The notes under the pieces: model-generated
Seen by the model: only the letters and a program-made list of their open reading frames with translations
Database searches by the model: none
What the model was told of the DNA's origin: nothing
NCBI GenBank assembly: GCA_951406725.2
Contig: OX597830.1
Coordinates: 27,652,001 to 27,716,000 of the forward strand
Source of the DNA: Octopus vulgaris
Lineage: Eukaryota
Reading direction: 5' to 3'
DNA: 64,000 nt
In this document: one piece after another, positions 30,337 to 44,141 of the stretch
Layout: each line of letters starts with the position of its first letter
Numbering within the stretch: the stretch's first letter is position 1
Translations under genes and position numbers: made by a program

Positions 30337-30601
30337 CACATATGTTATACACATGGATACATATTTACATACATAGATAAATACTTTTATACATATGTAC
30401 AGGCGGACATCATGTAGAAAGCTGAAGAATAAGAAAATAGAAAGAGAAAGAGGGAGAGAAAGAGAGAGAGAGAGGGGGGAGAGAAAAGGAAGAGAGGGAG
30501 AGAGAGTTGAATAGAATAAGAAAAGGTAATTATGTTCCCGTAAAACGAACTTAGATAATATATATATATATAGATAAATACATAGATAGATATACACAGA
30601 A

Positions 30602-30760
<159 letters not shown>

Positions 30761-31375
30761 TACACATACATATACGCAGGCATAGCTTGAAAATATCGAT
30801 ATGCATACTTATGTGCACGTATGTATTGATGTGCATGTGAATGTATACATACGCACACACATATATATATATATACATATATATATAGATACCCTTTATA
30901 TAGTTTATAAGTGCGATCCATCCACTACTGCGTAGGTTGGTATGCTTGCACTAGAGAGTGGACGTAGATGATGAAACAAAGGCTTGAGACAGGGAGTGAG
31001 AGTTTATAAGCATGCATGTGTAATTTGAGTCTGCAGTACATTTAAGTGTGTGAGAAATTGGCATGGAGATAGAAAGTGAAAAAAAAGAAGCAAGAAAGCA
31101 AAGAATGACAGAAAGATGATATATATACAGAAGAGGAGGACAACGGCGGTGAGAGGGTGAGGAGTTGTGAAAGGGGAAAAAAAGAAGAGAAAAGCAAATT
31201 CTATATATATATCTACGAAGACGTGTATGTCTTAACGTGTTCATTTAAATGCACAGTGTCTATGATGTATATTCAGATATTTTTCCCTAAATTAATAAAT
31301 TAACAAAAGAAAAATGGCGCTGGAATGTATGAAGAAAACATTGTGTGACAGACAAGAATATAGATACATAGATAC

Positions 31376-31414
<39 letters not shown>

Positions 31415-31434
31415 TTCATTTATTTATATGTACA

Positions 31435-31490
<56 letters not shown>

Positions 31491-31893
31491 ATACGTATAT
31501 AAATGAAGGCAAATTACTTCTTTCACTAAATTCTTTCTCAATGACGAGTTCTGATTCTAAGTTAATTCTTTATCCATTTTCTCTTCTGTTCCTTTCTTCA
31601 ACTAAGTATATTATTTAACCTCGCATAAGGCGGCCATATTTTAAATGTAATCTTCATGCATGAACATTTGCTATTTATTTTTTTTTAGGAAAGGACATTA
31701 TCTCCCTTGAATAAGCGTATGTATGTATGAAAGTATATATGTATGTATGTATGAATGAGTGTATGTATGTATGTGCATACGCATGTAAGTGTCTATCTAT
31801 CTATCTATCTATCTATCTCTAACACACCACCTCTCATATATATATATATAAATCACACACTCTCTCTCAATATATACATACACACACACACAC

Positions 31894-31932
<39 letters not shown>

Positions 31933-31941
31933 GTGTGTGTG

Positions 31942-31975
<34 letters not shown>

Positions 31976-32008
31976 TGTATATGTATGGTTCTATATGTAT
32001 GGATATAA

Positions 32009-32133
32009 TATTAGGTTGAAGACAAAGTTCGCCCGCCTTGTTTTGAAGAATAGTTGTTGTTGTTTTTGATTAGATTCTTGCATAAAATGTCATTATTTTA
32101 ATAACGGCGCACGAACTTTTCCCTCAATATAGT
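32009..32133. mobile_element. Small mariner-type MITE remnant
   Basis: TATTAGGTTGAAGACAAAGTTCGCCCGCC and GGCGCACGAACTTTTCCCTCAATATAGTA are degenerate TIRs with a mariner-like TATTAGGTTG end. Confidence 0.5.
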
Positions 32134-33529
32134 AAAATATAAAGAACGAAGATGTATAGAAAATGGTGAGCGATTTAATTTCAGAAAACTTTATTTCATA
32201 AAATTTATACTCGTTGAACTATAAGCAGTTATTTTCCGTAAAGCCGTCTTCACCCTCAATGTCTGTCCAAATGCGATCGCGGAAGTACGTACATGCTCCG
32301 CCAAAAGATCGTTCTCATTCAAGTTGCCCGTCATTGTTCTTGTTGGTTCTAGGGCAAGAAAACGCCTAGAACCATCAGATCAATGAAGCTAGGAGTACAC
32401 ATGACTGTGAAAATCTTCGTGCAAGCACTCCTGGAACGCTAGGTCAACGTGGGAAGGAAGAAGCCTCTGCTAAAATACATACAAAATTTCCTATAGAAAC
32501 ATTCAATTGAAAACGCGAGCATAATATCCAGTATCTCAATGTTGTAGGGTTGGACAACGACCCTGCAAAGAGATATGAAGCTACATGAAGTAGCTCTCAT
32601 TTCTCACGTAGTGAGACTATCGGAAACGACAGAGAATGGATCTACATCACATTGGATTCCCTTGCCATATTCATGTAGAGCCACCGGTCGCTTTCACCTG
32701 TTTAACTTCTTTTACTGATGGAAGTTCTTTCATCGGAGTTGAACAAAAACATGACTAGTTTCTCGGTGTGTTTGAGTTTCTAGAGTTTTTCAAAAGGATC
32801 ACAGAGTTCTTGCAATTATTGTCTGTTATGCGTTACCCTTTCTTCAACACAAAATAACTGGTCATGTTCCAGAAGCTGCGATCTCTTAGTCGCTATGTTT
32901 CACAGGTATTCCACGTTCACGACGAGCTTTTAAATTCCCTGTGTCAACTGGAATCTGTTTATGCTGTATATACGCCTGAAAGAGAAATGAAAGAGTTAAA
33001 ATTTGGCACATATCCCATAACGTTATATTAGGATGTCTGTCATTCACGGTTTGATAAGCCTTCATATATCTGTCACGCACGTTCACCAAAATTCTCAAAT
33101 CCACAGATTGTACAAATCTTTTAACCTTTACTTGCCTCAGGGCTCCGCCTCCAAGAATTTATAGTCGAATGAATCGGCACCAGTAATTACTATATTTTAA
33201 CCTGCTACTTATTCTATCGGGGTCTTTTGCCGAACCGCTACATTACGACGATGTAAACACACCAATACCGGCTGTCACGTGGTGGTGGTGGGGGGAGACA
33301 AATATACTGATATGTAAATATAATATACAGAGGCGCAATCGTTGCTGTGTGATAAGAAGCTTGCTTCCCAACCACATGGTTCCGGATTCACTCACTCTGC
33401 GTGGCACCTTAAGCAACTGTCTTCTACTATAGCCTCGGGTCGGATAAAACCTTGTGAGTGGATTTGGTAGAGGGAAACTGAAAGAAGCTTGTTGCACATA
33501 CACATACACACATATTATATACATATATA

Positions 33530-33705
33530 TATAGTTAATCCAAACAAGAAAGCACAAAAAACACAACGCGAGGACGTGGAACAAATATAGTATTATTGGA
33601 CGCTCAGGAAAGAAGGAAAGAAGGAGGGTTAAACGTTTCGAGCGGAGCTCTTCGTCGGAAACATAGGAGAAAGAAAGATCCAGAGAAGGGAAGACAGAGG
33701 AAAGA
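33530..33705 (-). mobile_element. Penelope-like pLTR fragment with degenerate hammerhead motif
   Basis: Minus strand CCGACGA-A-GAGC-TCC-GCTC-GAAA-CGTT at 33632-33658; flanked by TA tracts. Confidence 0.6.
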
Positions 33706-33734
33706 TATATATATATATATATTTCTTTTCTTTT

Positions 33735-33940
33735 ATTCTTTTACTTGTTTCAGTCATTTGACTGCGGCCATGCTGTAGCGATACCTTTAGTCGAACAAAT
33801 CGACTCCAGGACTTATTCTTTGAGAGCCTACTACTCATTCTATCGGTTCCTTTGCCGAACCGCTAAGTTACGGGTACATCAACATACCAGCATCGGCTGG
33901 CAAGCGATGGTGAGGGGGGGACAAACACAGACACGCAGAT

Positions 33941-33971
<31 letters not shown>

Positions 33972-34015
33972 CGACGGGCTTCTTTCAGTTTCCGTCTACC
34001 AAATCCGCTCACAAG
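33735..34015 (-). mobile_element. SINE family B, head truncated
   Basis: Reverse complement matches the family B body and tail. Confidence 0.88.
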
Positions 34016-34020
34016 GATTA

Positions 34021-34825
34021 ATATGCACAAGTCAAGTTGTGCAACACCACTGCGTCACATAGTCAAGTCTGGGGAGCATGAAGACTCGTTGACATTGACG
34101 TAGCGGGAGATTATTCTTTCTCCAAAAGTGACATCACTTAAATGGCAGCCATTTCCGGATTCCCACGCCCGCGCCCTTTCCAAAATTTGCACCACATCAC
34201 CCTGTAGAGTTTCAGACCCCACTTCCCTGATGTCTCTATCGATGTTGACGTAAGCCCTCTCTTTCAGGTTTCGCCACAAGAACAAATCCGGACTAGTCAA
34301 GTCTAGGGAACACGAAGACCGGTTGACATTGCCGTAGCGGGAGATTATTCTCTCTTCAAAGAACTGCCGTAGCAACTGCATTGTTTCTCTTGCAGTAAGA
34401 GCAATTGCCCCATCTTACTGGATCCATGTGTGAGGTCTACTTTGAATGGCCTTCACGTTCCGCAGACTTGACCAGCCCGGATTTTTGCTTGTGGGGATAC
34501 CTGAAAGAGAGGCTTTAAGTCAACAAACCGGAGACCCTAGTGTAACTGAAGGAGTACATCAATAGAGAAATTAGAGAAGTTGGGTTTGAAACTCTTGAGG
34601 GTGTTATGGTGAAAGTTTTGAAAAGAGCACGGGCGTGCGAAGCCAAAAACGGTTGCCATCTCAGAGATGTCATTTTTCATGTGATGTAGTGGTGTTGCAC
34701 AATTTGACTTGTGCATATTGATTTCCATTGTCTTTTATATTGCATCAAAATTTCATGCATTAATTTATAAAGTTAAAGAAGTTATTAAAAATTAAAACCC
34801 ATCAGCAACTTTTAGGACAACCTAC
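34021..34825. mobile_element. Rearranged Tc1/mariner transposase remnant, DD41D (rosa/Visitor-like)
   Basis: Minus strand Q*DGAIALTARETMQLLRQFFEERIISRYGNVNRSSCSLDLTSPD has 41 residues between the last two Asp. Plus strand reads WPSRSADLTSPDFCLWGYLKER. A TIR-like TTTTAGGACAACCT lies at about 34810-34823. Confidence 0.8.
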
Positions 34826-35538
34826 ATATATGATTTAAAAGAAACCGTGTAGTAAATAAACAAATATTTACTAAATTCAAAGACGAACAGAAAACACAGA
34901 AGCTCACCAACTCTTCATCAGTTATCGGCCAGAGAGTCAAACGCAATTTCAGCCATTGTGTGTTTTTGTGTCCGTGTTTGTTCTCCGTCACCGCGTGACA
35001 GCTGGTGGTGGTATGCTTATGTCCCCGTAACTTAGCGGCTCGGCAGAACAGAACGATAGAACAAGTTCTAGATTGAAAAAAAATAAGTCTCGTGTTTGAC
35101 TTGTTCGACTAAAACGCTTCAAAGTGGTGCACCAGCATGGCTGTAGTCAAACTTACTGAAACAAGTAAAAGAGTAAAAGAACATACGACGGGCTTCTTTT
35201 AGTTTCCTGTTACCAAATCTACTTACGAGGCGTTGGTCGGCTCGAAGTTATAGTAGAAAACACACACACAACGTGCCACGCAGTGGGACTGGACGTGGGA
35301 CCATGTGGTTGGAAAACAGTTTTTATCTTAAGTTACATACACAAATGGTTTAAATTAAGCTGTAAGATTAATCAATAGTATTGTATTTAGTGAAATATAT
35401 ATTTATTAGACTTTTACAAAAAAAATTTTAATGATTTCGGAGTTTTGGTTTCCAAGCTTTCTTCAGACTGAAGGAGTCTTGGAGATGGAAATTTCGAATT
35501 CTTTGTTACTATCAGTTTTCTCAGAGAAGTTTTATATG

Positions 35539-35649
<111 letters not shown>

Positions 35650-35791
35650 CTTTGTCTGTCTTCCTGCCTGCCTGTCTGCCTACCTGTCTGCCTGCCTGTC
35701 CGTCTGTGTGCCAGTCTGTCTGTCTATCTGTCTGTCTGTCTGTCTGTTAATCAATCACTCAATCTATCTATGTATCTTATTGTCTGTCTGT

Positions 35792-35869
<78 letters not shown>

Positions 35870-35945
35870 GTGTGTGTGTTTGTGCGTGCAAGAGAGAGTG
35901 AAATAGGAAGGGAAAAAGAGAGAGAGAGAGAGTGAAAGACAGAAT

Positions 35946-35993
<48 letters not shown>

Positions 35994-36009
35994 CGGTGAG
36001 AACGGGGGA

Positions 36010-36245
36010 TGTGCGTGGCTTAGTGGTTACGGTGTGGCAATCTTGATCGTAAAACTGTTGTTTCGATTCGAGCACGGGGTGATGCGTAGTTTTCTTGAGC
36101 AAAACAATTCACTTCACGTCACTCTAGTCTGCAAAAATGCTGTAATCCTGCGCGCCACAGTGGCGTCCCTTCCAGGTAATTAGGAATAAATACGCCACAG
36201 AATCCGGGAAACCGGACTTATGAGTCGATGTCTAGGGAAGGACCT
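36010..36245 (+). mobile_element. tRNA-derived SINE family C
   Basis: GTGGCTTAGTGGTTA (A box), GTTTCGATTC (B box), TTCTTGAGCAAAAC domain; related copies at 51515 and 60050. Confidence 0.75.
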
Positions 36246-36496
36246 CTGATTATTATATACATAACTCTATACATACACATACGTACTTGTAAGTGGATAT
36301 ATACATACACACACACATACACACGCATATGTATGTAAATATATATGTGGATAAATATACGTATATATATGTACATATATGTATATATATATATGTATAT
36401 ATCTAACTATCTATCTTTATGTACGTATATACATACATATATATATATATATGCATCTATCGATCTATATATCTGTCTGTCTCTCTCTCTCACTCA

Positions 36497-36576
<80 letters not shown>

Positions 36577-36892
36577 TATATACACATTGAGACATGTTGC
36601 TATATTGCGTTGATGTGTACACGTCATTTAGGAAGGATTCCATGCCGATTTCAGAACAAATAAATGTATTTAAATCATAAATAATTTAAATCACGTTAAA
36701 GAGATAGTTCAATATCACAATTTAGCGCGGTTTCCTATACCATATCTGTCACAATCGCTCTTATTGTAGGTGTATACATACACTCGTATATACATGCATA
36801 TACGCATACATAGGTATACGTATGTATACATACATACACAGACTCATACACACACATATATAAATACATCTATACATACATACATACATACA

Positions 36893-36987
<95 letters not shown>

Positions 36988-37182
36988 TTAATACCCATAT
37001 AACGATTAACATTCTGACAAGACCGGCGCCGAACGGTTACTTTGCTACTTAACTTATTGATCAAATTGAAATTAATAAATAAATCAGTGGTTATAACGCT
37101 GAACAATTATTGTTTCTAAAATATTAAATATGCATGAAAACTTATCTAATGTTACTGTGCAAAAGAAAAAGAAAAATGCGCG

Positions 37183-37236
<54 letters not shown>

Positions 37237-38150
37237 GATTAGCAGGCATTAGAGACATTTATGCTTTCACATAGTAATATGTGTTAATGCCTTTCCATTG
37301 CATTAAATGAACATTGTATATTGTTAAAATTCCTCAGAACTACGCTTGTTTATAAGTACAGTATGCTTTGGTTATTAGTTGACTTAACCTTTGCACAACG
37401 GTGACTGGATTTCCGCCGGAACAGAGTGTCGACATGCTCATTAGGTATATAAAAATTATGTCTTCCCATGACTGCCCACGAATAATTTTACTTGATAAGA
37501 ATATTGCATTATATTATATTACATTATATTATGTTATATTATATTATATTATATTATGTTATGTTGTATTATATTGTGTTATATTTGCTGTATGTCCTAA
37601 TATCATTATTTCAATAATGAGGAAAGATATCTGCCGGAATGGTGACGGCAAGATCATTAACTCTGCCCGCGAACTGTTGGTTGATAATACAAATATTATA
37701 TTGCATTATATTGTATTATATTATATCAAATTATATTAAGCTATATTATGTTATGTTATTTTATATTTTATTTTGTTATATTATGTTCGGTGTATACCCC
37801 AATATATTATTATAATAGTGTGTCAAGAAACTCTTTAAATATTTTTGAAAATATGTAGCGTAAATATATAAGCGTCATATTCGGTATAAAATGCGGGAAG
37901 TTTGCAGAATCATGAGAGCATCAGAGAAAATATCCTCTGATGTATTTTATCTTCTGAGTTCAAATCCAGCCGAGGTCAACTTCGCCTTTCACCTGTCCAG
38001 GGCAGAAAAAAAATACTGGGATCAATGGTATGGATTAATACTGCCCCCCCCCCCAAGCTACTCAAAGGATATGAAAAAATCACGAAATAGACTAGGAGAA
38101 AGAAAGACTAGGTAAAATAATAATTCTAAGCGGTGTGTATATACTCATTA

Positions 38151-38549
38151 CTCTTTTACTTGTTTCAGTCATTTGACTGCGGCCAAGCTGGATCACCGCC
38201 TTTAGTCGAGCAAATCGACCCCAGGACTTATTCTTTGTAGGCCTAGTACTTATTCTATCGGTCTCTTTTGCCGAAAAGCTAAGTCATGGGAACGTAAACA
38301 CACCAGCATCGGTTGCCAAGCAATGTTGGGGAGGATGAAAAACACAGAAGCACAAACACACACACGTATATATATGTATACATATATACGACGAGCTTCT
38401 TTCAGTTTCCGTCTACCAAATCCACTCACAAGGTTTCGGTCGGCTCGAGGCTATAGCAGAAGACACATGCCCAAGGTGCCACACAGTGGGACTGAACCCG
38501 GAACCATGTGATTGGTAAGAAAACTACTTACTATACAGCCACTCCTGCG

Positions 38550-38551
<2 letters not shown>
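38151..38551 (-). mobile_element. SINE family B, full length
   Basis: Reverse complement begins GGCGCAGGAGTGGCTGTATAGTAAG and ends in the AAGTAAAAGAG tail. Confidence 0.93.
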
Positions 38552-38596
<45 letters not shown>

Positions 38597-38640
38597 ATAT
38601 GATAGTGTGTATATATAGATAGATATGTATATATATATAA

Positions 38641-38713
<73 letters not shown>

Positions 38714-38715
38714 TG

Positions 38716-38811
38716 AGAAGAAATGAGGTATTCAGAAATTCGGATGCTTTTATATTTACAGATATCTGTAAATATAAAACCATCCGAATTTCTGAGTACC
38801 TCATTTCTTCT
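38716..38811. repeat. Loopless 96-bp palindrome
   Basis: Arms 38716-38763 and 38764-38811 are reverse complements with 2 mismatches. Confidence 0.95.
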
Positions 38812-39319
38812 AATATAAAATACCTGTACATCATCTCCAAACCTTCTAATATATAAACACATGGAGTGTAATTTAATATCATAACTTCACAGACATGTAC
38901 AACAGCAAGTATTACGATATTTCAGTTATATGACCTTGGATAATCTCTGGTTCTGTAAGATATACCCCCAAAGGTGGAATTAATTTTTTATTATCTAACC
39001 CTTAATTCACCCATTATTTTGTACACCTATGAACAAAGAACTGTAAGCCATTGTTGATCATTTTTAAAGATGTTACAGTGTAAGGACATTTAAAGTTGAA
39101 GGACATTTTTGACTATGATTTCTTGCACGCTGAGTGACAACTTCGGGCTTCTCTTGTTGGCTCGTATTGCTTTTGAATATAGAATCCCATAATTAAAATG
39201 TTATCTAAAAACCAAACGCATTAGTCCTAAAACACGTGTTCATGCATTCATGCAGTTTAAAACGAAGCATTTGAAAGGGTCCACGTAAAATGAAAAGCAG
39301 ACAACATTAGAAAAACATA

Positions 39320-39412
39320 CGAGGGGTCCTGAAAAGTTTCTGACCTTAAGAGTAACACAAAGGCTTGGTTGAAGGCTCTATATTGCGAGTTCTTTTACAT
39401 GTCAACCCCTCG
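39320..39412 (+). mobile_element. Internally deleted mariner MITE with TA TSD
   Basis: TA|CGAGGGGTCCTGAAAAG ... AACCCCTCG|TA; related to 8525-8740. Confidence 0.7.
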
Positions 39413-39560
39413 TATGTTCTTAAATATTCCACTCAGCCTAGCTTTCATGTCAAAGTCGATACTGGGTTTCTAATGAAATAATTACTAATTCACAACGCAA
39501 GATTGGTCAGGAAAATTGTCCAGCACCGACATGAGTAATATACATACATACATACATACA

Positions 39561-39638
<78 letters not shown>

Positions 39639-39640
<2 letters not shown>

Positions 39641-40500
39641 AAACTTACTTGGAAAAGGATGCGTGGCATTTGATCATATAATAATATGATCATAATAATA
39701 CATATATGTTCATACATACATATATATGTATATATAAATGCATATATGGGTACAGGACATTAAAAAAAAACGTAGTCACGCAATAAGAAACGAAAACATA
39801 GATCGAACACCACGCATACTTTTCCAAGTAAGTTTTATCGTAATTACGATGCGCTGTCTTATTCTATCTGTTGTCTTTCTACCGCCTCTTGTTCTTCTTC
39901 CTTTCTGTTTTTCTCTCCCAACCTTTCCCTATTCTTCTCCTCTCCTCTTCACTGTTCCCTCTCTCTCTCTCACTCTTCCTCTTTTACTCTCTCGTGGCTA
40001 ATACGTGACGAAAGGCCATCTATCTTTCTTTCTTCCACTTCCTTCCTAAAGACAAGACGTGCTTTTATCTGTCTCTTCTCAAAGCTCGTTTTTCCAGCGT
40101 TCATAAACTTCACATCGTCTTGGCTTAATAAACCTCACCGTTTGTTTTTACTGTTTTGTTCTCACCGTCCTGTTTTTGTTACCACTTCCACCCTCAGCAA
40201 AAAATATCAAATTTTATTTAATTTGCTTTGCGGGAAGCACTGTTTTAATGAAGTCGCGTATTGTCCTTACCTTCGAAACATGGAGTAGGTAAAACAGGGG
40301 ACCACTGATGAAGGGAATGTTCTTTATCTTGCATGTCTCAGTTTTTTTTTTTTCCGTTGTTCGAAAAAAATTTAGTTTTCGATGTTTTTGTTTTTTATGT
40401 TTTCGTTTCTCATTGTGTCTACGTTTTTTGATGTCCTGTACCCATATATGCATGTATATGTACATATATATGTAGGTAAGTACATATATGTATGCATATA
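39639..40500. mobile_element. Fold-back element between (TA)n tracts (Penelope-like pLTR derivative, inferred)
   Basis: Inverted arms ~39698-39800 / ~40396-40493 and 39639-39675 / 39801-39837. Partial hammerhead-like motifs CTTCGAAACATG and CTGATGAAGG at 40270-40315. Confidence 0.6.
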
Positions 40501-40516
40501 TTTATATATTATCTAT

Positions 40517-40608
<92 letters not shown>

Positions 40609-41968
40609 TATATACATATATATGTATGTATACATTGTATTTCGGGATGGTCATTTTATTTATTTATTTTTTTACCTAATAAACACACGCACTATATATA
40701 TATATATTTCTTTACTCGCTTATTACTCTTTATTTATTTTATGTCCATTGTTCGGAAAACTTTCATCACACATCTGTGAACTCTTCAGCAACACTTTTCG
40801 TTTCCGAGGGCGTTCTTGCTCCACTTACGTCATTCCGTTCTTCTAAGATGTGTATCCTGATGTACGCGTGCGATTGTGTCCTTGTTTGTTTGTGTGTGTG
40901 AGTGTGTGTGTGTATGCTTGTGTCATAGATTTTATCAGCAGGGTGGCTTTCCCCTCCGCCCATCCTCCCACTCCATTGTGCTGCTTCTGTCCTAAGACCC
41001 GAGGACAAAAAAATGGTATAGTTCTTCTATTCCTCTGTGTGCGGGTGTTCATCCACGATGTTGCCATCGTAGTACTTGTTATTATTCTTAGTGCCATCGT
41101 TGGCATCGCTGCTGCCGCTGACCTTGTTAGTTGTATCGTTGACATCATTATGGCCGTCCATAAAGCTCCATGTGTGAGTGTTTGTGTGTGTGTGTATGGG
41201 TTTACTTCGTATGAATCCATGCACTTATATAATTATATTTATTTATATGACTACTTTTGCTTTAGTTTCCTCTCACCAACTTCTGTTTTAAAATGCAATA
41301 GTCGACCTGAAGCTAGTATACAAAACATTTCAAAGCTGACACGAAGTGACATCATATTCAAGTCCAAATGGCTACAAACCCATGTTTGTTTTTAAGCATA
41401 GTACATGCAGCACATTATTCTGCATTTTGCATTGCCATAGTGATATCAGTTGTCCTGGAAAACTACTTGATCGAAAACAGAAAAAAAAATTACAACGGTT
41501 AAAATATACTAGTGGCAAATATTAGAATTTTAGAGTAATATTTATATGTGTGTGTGTGCGCGTGAGTGCGTGTTCAAACGCATATATAAACAGCAAGGTT
41601 TCGATACCAAGTGAAAGCTAGTTCGTAGCTTACGACTCTAATGTCGTTAAGGAGAATTAAACGAATGGTGAAAAGAATCCATTAGTCCCCTTCTCTTTCC
41701 CTTCCCCTTTCTCTTCCTCCCCTCTCTCTCCCTACCCCCCTCTCTCCCTACCCCCTCTCTCTCCCTACCCCCTCTCTCTCCCTACCCCCTTCTCTCTCTT
41801 CTAAAATAGAGATGCTTTGTGTCTACTCAAAAGAATCCAATTTTAGATACAGCAATTGTAACATCTGTAACTTCTTAACTGTTGAAACTACTAATTTCTT
41901 TATATATCTTTCAAACATGCTCATACTTTTATTTGCTATATATATAACTATATAACTATATAACTATA

Positions 41969-42013
<45 letters not shown>

Positions 42014-42389
42014 TTATACGCACACACATTTTAAAACACGCACACACGCATATATATTTTTACATATATGAGCACGTATATGCATGTATTAAGCCATTAT
42101 ATACATGTATAATATGCATATATGCATGTGCATATAAATATATATATTTACACACACACACACATACGTATGACTGCATTTCATTTTCAAAGGAAATATC
42201 ATATCAAGTTTTTGTATCTCTCTAACACCTCAACTGATAATAGAAATGTTGTCAACCTTTTGTCACCATCACTGACAATATGTCGAGCGTACTGTTATTT
42301 CAATCGAACATATGAATGATGCCCTAACTCACACACACACAGACACACAGACACACACACACACACACATACACTCCGATGTACGTATG

Positions 42390-42790
<401 letters not shown>

Positions 42791-42886
42791 TATCTGGGTA
42801 ACTGTAGGTGCAAGTGTGTATAGAAGTGATTATTTTTGCGTGTGAAATATAATACAAATGTTTGTCAGTGTAATTCTAAATGTTGC

Positions 42887-42945
<59 letters not shown>

Positions 42946-43367
42946 ATGTGTGTGTGTATGTGTATTTAAAATATATGAAAGAAAATCATTTAAAGTTAAG
43001 GAGGTCTTAAAAGGACGTGGCAGCTGATTTCATCTTTGAATACAGAATGTCAACAAAACTATTTCCATGTTGAGTCGATCAGATAACTAAATATTATCTG
43101 TGTATAGATATATTGATAAAGATATACATGCAGAAAACCACATGTCAAAACACAGAAATATAATAAAGATACACACCCGAACACATGCATATACATAAGT
43201 ACACTGATATACATACATGCGCATACATTCGCACCAACACATACATTTATACAGGCCTATAAACGTGTATAAACCTATATACGTAATATGCACGTACATA
43301 AACACATCGAAAATATATGGTTAAGTGGATGTATTGAAAAAAATACGTATCCATGTTTATGTGTGAC

Positions 43368-43405
<38 letters not shown>

Positions 43406-43736
43406 TGTGTGTGTGTATGTATGTATATGTATATACAAAGACACACACACATATATTTATCTTTACCTAGATACCTTTACATATAAATCAACTCCGTTCT
43501 CACACACATCTGTCTGTCTGCCTGTATATATATATATATATATATATATATTTACATATATATGTGTGCATATATGTATGTATACATATATTCTATATAT
43601 ATATACGCACACACACATACACATACACAAGTATATCACGTAAAACATTTCTTTTGATTGGTGAACTTTTATTTTTCTTTGCATCAAATCAGCTTCAAAT
43701 AGCTGTTAACTACTACTACTCCTACTACTACTACTG

Positions 43737-43813
<77 letters not shown>

Positions 43814-44141
43814 GTAGCTTCTGCTGCTGCTGCCTTTGTTGTTGCTACTAACACTGAAACCAAAGTGTGTAATTGTATAGAACAGCAGATTAATAAGAAA
43901 ATTTTTATTTTTACAGGTATAGTAGTGATGGTGGGTTTAACTAATGGGTGATTCGAGGCACCCCTCTAAACGCCCAAAATTTCCTTGTTCCAGCAAAGAG
44001 GCATAATTTCCTACATATTTTGCCTCCAGCTTCCCACTTCGTAGTTAATATAAGCTTATTTAACCACGTGATATGTTTCACCCCTACTCACCTATCATAA
44101 GATTTACTGGCGAGGCAGCTTCTTAGTTCCGATCCTTTTGC

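Larger units (their letters stand above)
33330..35180 (+). mobile_element. Inner SINE family B split by nested insertions (head 33330-33500, 3' half 34958-35180)
   Basis: Plus-strand head ends at the internal microsatellite; the matching 3' half resumes at 34958. Confidence 0.72.
33125..35312 (-). mobile_element. Outer SINE family B split by nested insertions (3' half 33125-33300, head 35184-35312)
   Basis: The two minus-strand halves are complementary parts of one family B consensus. Confidence 0.7.

Noticed and set aside
34830-34955. GAAA...CUGAUGAAG order (also 40273-40315 and 59010-59050) read as type II hammerheads
   Set aside because: Stems I-III could not be paired convincingly; kept only as broken pLTR-like fragments.
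36010-36080. tRNA-like A/B boxes here and in other SINE heads
   Set aside because: There is no complete cloverleaf and each is followed by a SINE body, so these are not tRNA genes.
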